Assembly: GCA_028023455.1 (NCBI GenBank)
Contig: JAQFVV010000009.1
Coordinates: forward strand, 7,688,001-7,752,000
Source of the DNA: Epiperipatus broadwayi
Lineage: Eukaryota; Animalia; Onychophora
DNA length: 64,000 nt
Direction of reading: 5' to 3'
The notes under the pieces were generated by a model that saw nothing but the letters and a program-made list of their open reading frames with translations, searched no databases and was not told where the DNA came from. Both the position numbers and the translations under genes were made by a program. Of this stretch, positions 36,780 to 50,091 are shown in pieces. Position 1 is the stretch's first letter, and each line of letters begins with the position of its first letter.

Positions 36780-39700
36780 GAAAAGGTAAAGAAAAGGTGA
36801 ATTGCAAACCCCAGGATTAAGTGATGAGGATATGCCACAGATTATGGACCATGTTAAAAAAGTTAAAAAGTCAAATAAGAACTTGCCAGATTCTGATGCA
36901 GGCAATAACTCATATGAGCCTATCAATATAACAGAGGTAAATGAGTCATGTCCAAATGTAATTGCTTATGTGTTGTCACATGAGGACCTAATATCTTTAG
37001 ATAGAACTAAACAGTTAACATAAATAAATTTCTTGCATTCTTTATATCTATACAATAAATAAGACAATATTAATAAAAATAGGATCTATCAATGTCAGAG
37101 GATTAAACTCTGTAGAAAAAAACTGTCAACATAAAAAATGGTTTCATATTATTCAGCCAAACATAATTGGTTTTCTGGAATCTAAAATATACAACAAATC
37201 ACAAATAGATCCATCAAAATTTTATGATAATCAAGGATATTCATTATTTTCATGAGCAGCAATCTCACTTTCAACTGGAACAGGAATTGTAATAAACAAA
37301 ATCTGTCCATTCAGCTCATTTACAATAATGTATATTGATGCATACATGCTAATTGCTATAGTATACCACAAAAGAATAACACTAAATATAGTATAAATGT
37401 ACATTCTTTGAGGTAAAATAATAATAAACTTATAAATGCATTAAATTCAAAAATTTGCATCCTTGATACATCTTATAATTCTAATAGGAGACTTCAACAT
37501 GTCATACAATAAATTTGTAAAAAAATGGTTACATCTAGTGGCATTACCTCTCATGTCTGGATAAGAATTTCTTTCACAGAAGTCTATCTCCTTCAGCAAT
37601 GTCAGATACTTGTCTTTAATTGATCTTGGTTTTTTATTTGCCACAATTGGATCATGTAATCAGAATATCACAAAAAAAAACTCACCTTTTTCAGATCATT
37701 CTGTTGAGATGATCTGTCTTAAAAATGATTTCTCATATAGACCTACGATCACAACAGGTAAAACTATCCCTTTCAGAGTGGACTAAAGAATATCTCTTTT
37801 CAGAAATATACATATCATTATTCAAAATTCATGATTTGGAAATGGATCCTGTTCAAACATAGATTGCATTTATGAACATAATCTCATATACAGTTGATAC
37901 AATGATAAGAAACCACCCCCTCCTTTCAAAGGTTTTGGCACTTGTAGATGAATTGCACCAGAGAATTACACTTAGTACTACCACAGCAGAGGGCTGTAGA
38001 AATATAATAGCCCTGAGGAAAGCATATTGGTTAGCTTGTGACTCACTCAAAGAATACCTGGAAAAGGAAAAAAAATACCTGAATCAAAACCACATATGGT
38101 CTAGGTAATATATTTGTTGGGCACTGGGTCAAGCTCCACTAAACTGCATTATGACAGCAATCAATATAGAAGAGCAAATCATTACTGATGACAACATGCT
38201 AAGGTCACTTTATTTATATTACAAAAACAACTTGCAGAAAGGAGAAATATTATCAGAAGACAATATAACTTTTGTACCAAGAGAGTTTGAAGACAGTGCC
38301 AAACTCATGTCATCCCTGGATACATGGAATATCTTGTTTTGTAATACAGACATTTAAGTCAATTCATGGCAAAATATTTGACAAAAGTTAGCTAACTTTT
38401 TAGCAAAGTGAATCTATCACATTCATGGGCTTTATCCCATCTCATTGGTTCCATTTGTTAAAAAGAAGGAAACTATAACCACATTCCAAAACTTCAGACC
38501 CTTACACTTGAGATTAAGATCCTGGAAATAGTGATTAAAGATAGAATTAAACCTTATATTTTGTCATTGATGTCAAAAACCCAGTTTGCAAAAAAAAAAA
38601 ACTCATTAAATGGGCAAGCAGCATCTTTATATAAGATGGTAATCGATACAGTCAGAAACAATAAAAAAATCTGGACCTGTTATAGTTCAGCTGGACATTA
38701 AATCAGCATTTTATATGATACCAATTGATATTTTAATTAATGCATTAGCAGATACATCATTACCCAGGGCATTAAACTTGTTGATTATGAATTGTCTTCT
38801 AAGTTGAGAAATTCAGATAACTCTTAGTGAGAAATATTCCTTATCATTCATTCCATTTAACTCGATTCCACACAGTTGATTAAGTGTTTTTTTATTCACA
38901 TTTTATATCAATCCTCTCCTTAAGGCAACTGAAAGTTAGATGACTGGAATATTTATACCTGGAATGAAGGCAAATGTTTCATGCATTGCACACATGAATG
39001 ACATAATAATCTTTCTGCCAACTAAAAAACAGATACCAAAACTAATAAAAATTCTAAATAATTACTCAGACAAATATAAATTGGAGTTCAATTTCCAAAA
39101 ATCCAGTGCATGGTCTATGTACTCAGCATACCAACATGAGCAATACTTCAAAGCAAAGCCTGGCTCATTTGTGGAAATTTTCATTTGAGTAACTCGGAAA
39201 TGTGATCACAAATACAGGGAAAATTAATGAATAAAGTTGAGAATATAATTCTCTCTCCAAATCATATTTAATGATATGGGTTATATACTGCACACTATAA
39301 TAATATACACAAAAGCTTTTACATCAAAAATTTACTCACTGTGTAGGAAATTGTTGTGGGGAAAAAATGGCATCAATATCCCTAAGTAAGATTCTGTACC
39401 CTCTATCTCAAAATGGATTGGGTTTACATTATATTAAAATTTTCCAAATTCAAAAAACACTTAAATTTTATATCATCATGCACTAGGATATTTCTATACA
39501 TAGAAATAGTTTTTAAAATTACACCTACAGACAAGTTGCCACCCATATGCAATTATTGGAATAAAGTTAATTATGTATTCCCAATTTAATATATAGCCTT
39601 CCCAAGAATAAAATGAAATACTAGGGTGTACATTCAATCTTTGCTTGCCCATTCAATGATACTAACAAATCCTTTTTAAACATAACCAAGAAGCAGTTGA

Positions 39701-40300
39701 CTAAAAAATTCTAATACTGGTCATTAAAGCCAAAATATTATGATTTTCTCCTAAAATTAAATCTTGAAGCCTTACCACCCTTTATTTCTACAGATATAAA
39801 AGGAATTGCACTAATATTAAAGACATATGCAAATTATGTCAGAGAGAATCAGAAACACAATCACATTTTCTATTCATGTGCCCCATGTTTAATAATATCC
39901 AGTGTGATATCACCCAAATATTTAAAAATAAAGATTACAACATACATACACTTCTCAATATATTTTAAAAAAGATATTTATGCACACATTTGGACCAGCA
40001 CATTTATACTATTCTCATTATGGTGTACCAGATGTACATTTATGTACAGTTTAAACACAAAAAAACACCCAAATACATTTAGGAACAAAATGAATATTAT
40101 ATGTGTAATGGATAAAAAAATTTCACCAACAAACATTTATTTCAACACATGGTCACTAATGTGACAATCACTCAAAATTTATGGCATGACTCACTCTTAT
40201 AAAATAATTAGATAATTAAAAGCAAAAAAGACATTAATGCAATGATGTACTTAGAAGAATGTAAATCCTATGCAGCAGTCAGAAAATATTAAACTATTTT
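36780..40300 (+). mobile_element. Second, older L1/Tx1-like LINE, head-to-tail behind the first
   Basis: INVRGLNS (~37089), ILIGDFN (~37458), FSDHS (~37690), QLDIKSAF (~38687), HMND (RT motif remnant, ~38991), ETQSHFLFMCP (~39850). Confidence 0.75.
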
Positions 40301-42419
40301 CAAGATTGTATTTTTTTTCTGTTACACATAGATTTGTAATTTTCCCCATCTTTAGTATAGGATAAAAATACAGAGTATATAATGTAAACGACATACCTTC
40401 TTTTGTTTAAAAGCTCTTAGTCTTTTCTTACTTTATCCTATGTATGTGGTAGTAAGTACTGTTTTATAAACTTATAGTTCAATAATGAATTTTGAAACTA
40501 AGAGTTACATATAATGTTTTTCACAAATTTTTGAATATTCAAAAATTGCAGAAAATATTTTCAAATTGTATATATGAATAATAAAAAAGTACATGTTAAT
40601 AGTTCTAGTCATCAATGGAGAATTAGTTTAATTGCTGCTCATTGAAGGCTAATAAGTAAGATCCACAACTTTTTTACTTTTAACCCTTATAGAAAAATCA
40701 TTTTCCCACCTTGATTGTTAGTTAAACATTCTTTTTGTATGTTTGTATTTTCATTTTATATTTTTTTGTTGCTCAGTTAGTTTTTTAAATATAATTTTCA
40801 TTTAGAAAAGTATTTATTTACACTGTATTAATAATGTTGTGCTTTTACCACAACAAACAATAATATGTGTTTTGCATGAAGAGTGATGATGTAGAGTCCA
40901 GGCAACAGAGTTGGTGAATAATTAGACTCTATTTTGGTGGGACCAATACAAGTTATCAAATGTTGGAACACTTTTTACCAACTGCTTGTATAATAAAATT
41001 CATGTTAATAACTCTTTGACAAATATTGTTTAAAATTTAAAGGTATTTATAAAATTAAATATTCTAATATTGATATACTATATATTATTAATATAAAAGT
41101 TTAGGATAAATTGCATAGAAAATTAATATTGTCTCATCACACAATGTAGTTTGGAGAGTTGCATGCGATTCTTGAGTGACAGTTTGCCTATTGTTGCTAT
41201 ATATAAGATTATTATATATTTACAAAATTGACGTGCTTAAGAATTAATGAAAAAATAAAATACAAATATAAAAGAAAGTTTAAACCAAATGGTTTAAACA
41301 TTCGGATTAATTCTACATAAAATTTAGTAGAATTATAAAGTTTTTATGATTTTATATAATTCTATTAGAACAATAATAGCTGATGGCAAGACAGTATTGT
41401 ACTATTAGAAATACTAAAAAATTTTCTAGGTTTGATACTATAGATGAAAGTTATGATTTCCAAAAAAGCAAATTGTTTTGCTACCTATTCTAATTAATAC
41501 AATTACTTAATTTTTCATTTGATCATAATTTTTTGTTATTGTAGTTGTATTTTAAAAGAAAAAGTGAAAAAGATAAAGTTTGTTTTAGTTATTTCTTTTG
41601 CTATTTTATTTTTTACAAAATTGTGAAGTTTTATAGTATCTATTGGATTAGCTTAAAGAGGTAATTATTAAATCTGTTTTTGTTAGTTTACGTTGTTCAT
41701 TTTTAAAATATTTTTGTACTATTAAGCTGGAAGTAAAGGACTTGGGTGATATATTATGATAATTTTTTTTCTCCAGCAATGAATTAATTCAATAAAACTT
41801 TTTGATATAAATATTCTTCTGCTTTTTGTTTTTTAACTGGAGTTCTGGAAAAATTATTGTCTTGTATTTTCTATCATTTTTAATCTTATATATTATTATT
41901 TTTAACTTAATTTTTTTTTTTATTAGTTCTATTATTAACATCTAAATTAAATAACAAATTTTCTTTCTGATTTTGTCTTTTAGTAAGTATTCTTTTTTTT
42001 TTTTTTCTTGTATAAGGTCAGGGTCATTATATATATAAATAACTCAATTTCTTGTTCACTATATTTTTTCTTATCTTTGTTGTATTGACAAAACGAAATT
42101 ATTCAGGCAGTAAATTCAACTTATTTACTTTCAGCATTTGTCAATTTTTTAATTTTATTTCCACAGTGTTAAAAGACTGATTAACAATGAGTCTTATCTT
42201 ATTTTGCATCTTAATTAGCATAGTGTGAGACTTTTCCACCTTTATAGTCTTTTGTTTTTAAAAGTTTATTGTTGTCTGAGTATTAACTAAGTCTCCACTC
42301 TACCACATGCCAATGAAGCAAAGGAAAAAAAACTAATTGATAATTTTTATACTTATCGTTAAAAAAAAGTAAAAACAAAGTTATATAATTTAAAAAGATG
42401 AAAATAATATATTTAATAA

Positions 42420-43270
42420 TCAAACCAATGCATAGTAATTACAAAACTAATACATTCAATAAATGTGGTTATTCAAGCTTTGATTTTAGCAAGTTGAACA
42501 ATACAAAAAGCAAGCCATATCATAACTGACAGCAATAACTTTATAAGAAATTGAATTTTTAAATAACTGAATATCCATAAGGAAAATGAACAAATATGGA
42601 CACCTGCATACTTTTTGTGGAATACATGCTTTGATTTTTCTTGTATATTTATGGGCAGCAATACCATGAAAATATACATTTATGATAATAACTTTTTATT
42701 ATAGCATCCACATATTTTGTTTTGGAATTTAATTTCTTCTGAATTTATTACTATCAATTGCTTTTGTATAGTTACATGGCTGTTTTTGCATGTTTGTATT
42801 TATTTATCATTTATAGTCTGTATTTTTAATTTTCATTATACATTATATATTTTTATACAAATTAAAAAGTGGATGAAACACTTGAACGAGAAGCTATTAT
42901 ACGCTAAGCGCTTTCGAGGCCATTTGCTTCATATTCATAGTGGTAATGCAAGATGTTTCATACACTTTTTAATTTGTATATTAAATTATTGAGGGAGAAG
43001 TTTAAAATCCTTAATATTATATATTTTTGGAATTTAATTCCTTAAGCATTTATTGCTATCAATGCTTTCTTATGGATTACATGGCTTAATTTTTGCATTG
43101 TTATGTTTGCTAAATCTTTATTAGTATTCAATTCATGGATTGTTTTGCAATTTTAAATTATTATGGAGTTGCATTTGCCTCCATTGCTATTTACATTTTT
43201 TATGGAATGATTGTATTGATCATACTTATTGAAAGCATTTGTTTTTTAATCATTATTTTTTATTTTCTAA
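42420..43270. repeat. Old repeat with one inverted and two direct copies of a module of about 100 bp (Penelope-like pLTR arrangement suspected)
   Basis: ggaatttaatt.ctt....atttatt.ctatcaat...tacatggct...tttttgca at about 42723 and 43029; an inverted homologue at about 42490-42570; 43220-43260 matches the reverse of 42430-42470. Confidence 0.5.
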
Positions 43271-43802
43271 ATATATTATTTTCAGATTTGTTTATTATTT
43301 TCATGTTTCATTTATTTTTGATATAAATATATTAAATTATTTTCATGTTTTAAATTAATTTTTAATGAAAATATAAAATTTATCGATTATTTTTTCTGTG
43401 CTTTATTGGGACATGAATGATGACTCCATCCTACAGATAGAGCACAGTCTACTAGCAGACATTTTTTTCTGTAAGTTTATTTATTATATTTTCATGATTA
43501 TGTTTTATTTTCTTGAGTTTTGACATTTTATTTATTTCTTTATATTATATTTTTTTGTTACTGGAATAATATGATCTAAATATCATAAGAAGTCTTTAAT
43601 GTAAGCTTTATATAAATATTTTCAATATGAAAACACTATAATATGATTATTCTAAAAAGTTATGCTTTCACATATCATAGCAATAAAGATTTATATTTTC
43701 TTAAATATCTTTTATACATAATTAAATTCTTCAAATATAAAATAAGAACTTTCTGTATTTTAAACATGGCTACAAAATAAATTATGTATGTATATTTTTA
43801 AT

Positions 43803-44301
43803 CAGTGGTCTTCAACCACAGGTCCACGACCTGGCACCAGTCCGTAGAAGTTTTTTGCTGGTCCATGCTAGACTGGCAAGAAAGTTTTTAATAACAAAAT
43901 AATAAGATTTTAAACTTTTAATTAATATAAACAATTTTTATTCATTTTTTCATCGCACTTTTACCTGATTAAAAAAAAGAAACAGAACAAAATCTAATCA
44001 ATCATACATAAATTAATTTGTTTTTCTAGTTATCACAGATGTTTATGGGGGGGGGGGAATAGAATTAAATATTTATTACTTTTCTAAAAAAATTAAAAAT
44101 TTAAAAAAAAAAAAGTTTTTTATTATACAAACTCCATATATATATATTAACTTCATTTAATGCTAAGCTGTTTACAGCTTTAAAAAAATTTATCTATAGA
44201 CTTTTGCTGGTCCATGAAACCTTATCCTTATTTTTGCTGGTCCGTGAAACCTTATCCATATTTTTACCGGTCTGCAGGTGTGAAAAGGTTGAAGACCACT
44301 G
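43803..44301. mobile_element. hAT (Charlie-like) MITE
   Basis: Perfect 15-bp TIR cagtggtcttcaacc / ggttgaagaccactg; subterminal tttttgctggtcc repeats; 8-bp TSD tttttaat / ttctaaat (6/8). Confidence 0.9.
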
Positions 44302-44337
44302 TTCTAAATGAGACAAAAACTTTGTCAAGCAATGTAA

Positions 44338-44611
44338 ATTATTCTTCATGTATAAACTGTGATAAACAAAATAGAAAAATTAAAAAAACATTAACTATTA
44401 ATACTATTTTGCCAAGTGCTAAAAAAGGCTTGGTTTATTGCAAAGTCTTATAATGTTATCAATCAGCATAACACTAGTGTTTTGCTGAGCATGTACTGAA
44501 ATATTAACCGTTCAGTTCCAATACTGAAAGTGCTTGGAAAAATAGTATTAGTGATTAATGTTTTTTGAATTTTTATATTCTGTTTATCACAGTTTATATG
44601 TGAAGAATAAT
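44338..44611. mobile_element. Foldback-type MITE with inverted arms of about 82 bp
   Basis: 44338-44419 is the imperfect reverse complement of 44530-44611; no clear TSD. Confidence 0.7.
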
Positions 44612-45704
44612 GTATATATATTCTATTAATTTTAACAACTTTTTATTATTAAATATGTAGCATTGAGCATGTATAATACTTTTGAAATAATGATCTTCAG
44701 GCACATATTAGTAAACATTGTTAATTTAATATTTCATAATTTTGAACCATCAATGATTATCTGGCCACCTATATAAGATCTTGGACACTAGACAAAACCA
44801 GATTCATTTTTCATATATTTAAAAATTTTCTATGAGAGAGTATTATTTGCAAGTTTATAAAATTTATTTTTGGAAAATTTGATTTATGAAATATTTTTAT
44901 AATATGTGCTTAGGAATGTTATTATTTCAGAAAACCATTTATGGTTTGGCATAGATGGTAAAATGCCTGACTTGATATTGGGAGGTCACAAGATTGATTT
45001 TGGTACTAGCAGGTCTTGTGCTCAAACTTCTTATGAACTCCCGAGCAATAAAGCTATATGCCTTTTTTAATATTTAGTTTAGGAATAATATCCAATTATA
45101 TGGTGAAAGAATACAAAATAAATGTAATTGTTTTTGGATATAAATGATGCTGAAATAATATTATTTTATATACTTAAAGTATGAATTGTTATTTATTGAC
45201 AATATAAAATATTAATAAAATCGAGTTAACTGCTATAAGTAATTAAAAAGCTTTTATCACACTTTTGAGATATAGAATTTATGTTTATTGTTTTTTTAGT
45301 GCACAAATTAATTAGTTTTTTAAATATTTATTTTTAACTGATAATAGAGAAGAGTTTCATAATATATATTTTTAAACTCAAGTCGTATTTAATTCAATAA
45401 GGTAACTTTTACTTACTAAAAAACTAAAATATGTAGATTTTTAAAGAAAATGTAAAACAGTAATATATTAGAATTATATGAAACTTTTTATTTTTGAAAA
45501 TTAAACCATCTTAATTTGCCTTTTAGGATAGTTGAACTTTGAGCAAGTTGACTATTCAGATCATAATTCTAACTTTCTAGATATTGGATGTCTTTTTTTT
45601 TTTTTTTAAAAATAATAACAATACTTTGTTTTTTTTCTTCTAATTTCTTAATCCATATCTTATTGATGATTTCAATCATATTTGAAAGAAAAGATTTCAA
45701 AGAT

Positions 45705-45806
45705 GCCAAGCGTTTGTGGCCGAATGGTTAGCACGACTGCCTTACAAGTAGTTGTCCCGGGGTTAGCTTCCCGGCCGACGCGTTGACACATTTAAAAAAA
45801 AAAAAA
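45705..45806 (+). mobile_element. tRNA-Val(TAC)-derived SINE, copy 3 (best-preserved cloverleaf)
   Basis: gccaa-GCGTTTG TGGCCGAATGGTTAGCA CG ACTGC CT TAC AA GTAGT TGTC CCGGG GTTAGCTT CCCGG CCGACGC g-ttgac, then an A tail. The T-loop is degenerate; the TSD is weak (ttcaaag/ttcaaaag). Confidence 0.8.
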
Positions 45807-48179
45807 TTCAAAAGTTAATAAGAAAAAAAAACAAACAAACATTTGCAATTAAAAATGAAAAAAAAAAATTTAAATGGTTTTTATAATTACAGAGAAAGAT
45901 TAAACAATATATAAGTAAGAGTAAAACTGCATCTTTAAATTTGCACTACTTGACAAAGTCAGCTTCTGGCAGAGGAACAATAAAGATAAAAAGATGTTTT
46001 TTTTTTTACTAGATTTGTAATTCTGAGTAATGAAGATTTTAGTTATTTTACATTACTCTAGTAAGGATAGTTAGATCTAATGACTAATATTCATAAACCT
46101 TATTTGGATTCTAAAAAAATTCTCAAGATGATTTGACTCTCACTATGACACCATAACAAGAAAATATAGTTGATAATTAATATTTAAAATGCCTAGCCGT
46201 TTTAGACTTTTTAAACTAAATAAAAAAGTCAAGAAATCTTTTCTGTATCTAAATTTTAACATTAAATATAAATTAACCCTCCACAATATACTTCCATCTG
46301 AAATGAGTGGTTCAGTAAAAATGTGTTACTAGACAGCTCTATATTTTTCAGCGTTTTTAGAAAAAGGTTGCTTCCTAGGAAAAAGTTATTGAATTGATTC
46401 AATTCAACATAACTAATAATATGCACATCTGTTCAAAAAGAAGTTCAAAGTTCATTCATGTAATGTGTGAGTAAATATCGATATATGTAAATTTATATGT
46501 CAAGATTGATGAAATTAAGGAAAAAAGAAATCCCAATGCTAAATTGTTCATAGGAATAAAATTACTATATAGTCTGTCAAACCGGAAGTTGCCGTAAATC
46601 AGTCCAGAGCGAATAAATTATTTTGAATTTTAATTCGATCTCAATTTTGGAATTAAACATTATAGATTAGGACTTAAGCTATCTTCCTGCACAAAAATCA
46701 AATTTCTCTGATGATCACAGCAGAAGTTATTAGCACACTTCCGGTGTGATTAGGGGGACCACAAAAAATGAAAAAATATTCAAATCAACATAAAATTACA
46801 ACGAAATGATTCCTGAGCTACAAAACAATGATTTAAAGGCAAAATTAGTCCAAATGATGTTTTAGATCTAAACAGAGACATTGAAGCCACAAATGATTCA
46901 TCCTCTTTTAATTCAACAATTATTGAGATTATTCCAAAGTTTAACAACAAACTTTCAGATTATACAACTGAATCCTTGACTATTAACCAAGACGCAGAAT
47001 TCAATCCAAAGAAGCAGAATCCAATTAGTATCAACAAATAAGAATCATAGTAAACCCTGAAGGTCCTTATAGTTGGATGGGTTGAACAGATATTGTGAAC
47101 ATTTGCAGACACAGGAGGTTGGTAATAATGATTACAGACTTTCAGCTCTATTGACCTCAGTGTGCAATGTGATATAGACAAATGGTGTGTATTCATGATG
47201 TGCCAGTAAATCTGGCTTGATTACATATTACAATGAATCCACTGTTGCATTGGTGGGCATGGGTCTGCACTCTTCTTCTTTTCCTCATGTGTGGTGGGGG
47301 GTAGTCATGAGGGGCTTGGTTCATTTGTGGGGGTGGATGACCATCACTACCAAGCCCAAGTGAGGGTTGCTGCTCTCCATTGAACTTTGCCCTGAGAGGC
47401 TCCTGCACCACCTTGATGGATTGTTTATTAGGACAGTGTTGATTTGAGCTCTTATTTTTGTTCCATTAGTTAGCTTTAAAGTTGGTCTGCTTTGGGCCAC
47501 TGACATATTTTGTAGCTTTGATAGAGTTGTTGCAATAATTTTGCAGGCATGGATCTGCATTTCTATTTTCTTCCTCAGGGGTGGTGGCAGTCATTAGAGG
47601 CCTGGTTTATTGGTGCAGGCTGTTGACAATTTATTGCCACTACCTGGAAAACCTGCTAGAAGGGTACCTGGTCAAAGTCTCAGCACCATTCTTGCTCTGT
47701 CAGCTGCTTTGCCCTTGATAGGTTGGTTTTAGGCAGTGCAGATCTGTGCTTGTTACTTGTTAGTTTTTCCCTAGTTGGCTTTCCAATTTTGGGCAGTAGG
47801 CTGAATGTGGTCCCTGCACATTTGGACTGTTAATTGGGAGAAAGAGGTACCTATAATAGTCTTGACATGGCTCAGCTGTGGGTCAAGAGTTTATTATCCA
47901 TGTACAGATACACATTAATCAAATTATAGTAACCCTTTTATGGACATAATTTTTATTGAGCATGTGCACTTTATATAAACCTTGTCAATAATTGTTTTAC
48001 CATGTAACATTAAACACTTTGTAATCCTCAACGGGTAAGTGTACCCAAAAAAATTTGTAATCTTTTAATTAATAAAGGTTACTTTTGAGAAAAAAAGATT
48101 GGTGAAATTGAAATATTTCATGTTTGTAAAAAGATTGTTAAATTTATTTTGTTACACTAATATATAAACTATACTTTAA

Positions 48180-48339
48180 CAATCAATTCAAGTCAATTGA
48201 AATAAACAACTAATATTAAATAATTATTTTATTTTAACAGGTTTCATCCAATATTAGGACTTAATATTGAATGAAAACTGGTTAGAATAAAATAATTATC
48301 TAGTATTAGTTGTTTATTTCAATTGAGTTAAATTGATTA
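48180..48339. repeat. Long imperfect palindrome (arms of about 77 bp, 5-nt spacer ggact)
   Basis: 48180-48256 pairs with 48262-48339. Confidence 0.85.
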
Positions 48340-48489
48340 TTAATAATAATTATGGAAACAACATTATGAACAAATTCAGTATAGTATTTGTTATGATAAT
48401 AATCAACCCTTAAACTATCAACAATCTCAACCTGTAGTCAAGACAACCTTCTTAAACAATAAAGGTGGTACCACATTTATACATTATAA

Positions 48490-48800
48490 TGATTAATACA
48501 AATTGTATACAACAGCATTGTAAATATATGTATATTAATAATAATTACACATAAAAAGCCTTTTGCTTCATATGATTTCATGCTCTTTTCAAATGTTGAA
48601 TCATCTACTTTAATATTAACCAATTATTGCAACTAAAACATCATCTAGTGTTATATAATGGAAGTAAAATAACAATAACAAAATAAAACATCAGTAAAAT
48701 AGAATAAAACTTTTTATGTAGAAATTCAGTATAATCTGAAAGAATTGACTATATAACAATATAAAAATAAATAATATTTTGTAATGGAACACAATTGACC
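48490..48800 (-). mobile_element. Penelope family A 3' pLTR fragment
   Basis: The reverse complement matches 18960-19012 + 19441-19545 and 54340-54510 (aacactagat...ggctttttatgtgtaattattattaatatacatatat...gctgttgtata). Confidence 0.75.
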
Positions 48801-49991
48801 ACATAATGGATAGGAGTACTTTATACTTATTAATTATTGGAACTCAAATGAAACTTAATATACTATAGGATAGAAAAGGGATAATTGACAGTTAAATTAA
48901 CTATGTTACAGTTTCACATTTAACTACTATTTATATTATATTTATTCATAACTACTTCTTTGACTATATTTTATGGAACAACCTAATACCATCATCATCT
49001 TATAATCTAGTCCATGACACTACTATAGCAACCTAGACCTCTAAACTTCTCAGATCTCAATATATAAATGAATTCTATATGCAATTTTAAGTATTATAAT
49101 TTTACATATACAATGCCATTTAGCTATTTGAATTATTCTACTCACACAGTTATCAATCTAAAACTAATATATTTTTTCAGTCAAACAATTCTTTCTTTAT
49201 AGGATAATGAATTACACATGTCTAAGTGTCATTTCAAATTGAGAAATGATCTTATTTGACTCGAGAACCTTTTATTTACATCCCTCCTCTGTTGGATGCT
49301 TCCATATACCCCAGTACTTTTTTATCAGCAAACATGAACTTAAAAGAAATAGTTATAAAGTTTACTTGCTAGGAATGAGGTCAAATCACACACAATACGG
49401 ATTTTAATAATAAACAAAAGCAGATTTATTTAATTAAATACCTAATGATATATTCCCAACACACATTGGATATCAAATATAAGTTGATATTAGAAATGAA
49501 TACAAAGAAAAGTTCATATATCTTAGATTAAAACTTGTAATAAAAATATGTAAGGGTTTATATTAGAAATTGTTGTTATTAATAATAAATTAAATAAAAT
49601 TTCATTTTACTAAAATTAATTAGATTAATCTTTAAAATCATGCTACCATGTTTATGAAAATTTGACTATTATAAGTGCATATATAATGGATAGATCTTAT
49701 AAGTTAGCCACCTTTTCTTCTTTTGCTACAGGAGAGCCACATGTTGGCAAAGACCAAGGTTTTAACAGGGCATTCTTTTAATTTCATTTTATTAATGAAT
49801 TTGGCTATCCTGGAATGCTGAAAAGAAACAGCCAATTACTTTCATTGGCTTCAAATGCTGATGACCTCTAATTACTCTTCTAAGAACAATTCTTGTATGA
49901 TAGTTGCTCTTAGATCAACTTCTTCAAGTTGTCCAATATTGTCATCAGTCAAGCAAAAAAAAGGGAGCAGAAACAAGAGAAATTGTCTTTT

Positions 49992-50091
49992 TCTTTCATA
50001 CGTCAAAGCATTGACCAGGAAGTGAACCCACAAACTCAGGACAACTACTTGTAAGGCAGCTGTGCTGACCACTCGATCATCAACACTTGAC
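49992..50091 (-). mobile_element. tRNA-Val(TAC)-derived SINE, copy 4
   Basis: Minus strand gtcaagtgttgatgatcgagtggtcagcacagctgcct TAC aagtagttgtcc...ggttcacttcctggtcaatgctttgac, then an A-rich tail; TSD acaagagaaattgtctttt at 49973 and 50090. Confidence 0.85.

Noticed and set aside
42717-43326. Chemoreceptor or other multi-pass membrane gene (hydrophobic ORFs 42717-42992, 43135-43326)
   Set aside because: The ORFs overlap a duplicated T-rich repeat module, have no family motif and no splice signals.
45711-45781. Functional tRNA-Val(TAC) gene
   Set aside because: The T-loop lacks TTCRA, the acceptor stem has a mismatch, and an A tail plus four related copies with TSDs indicate a SINE.
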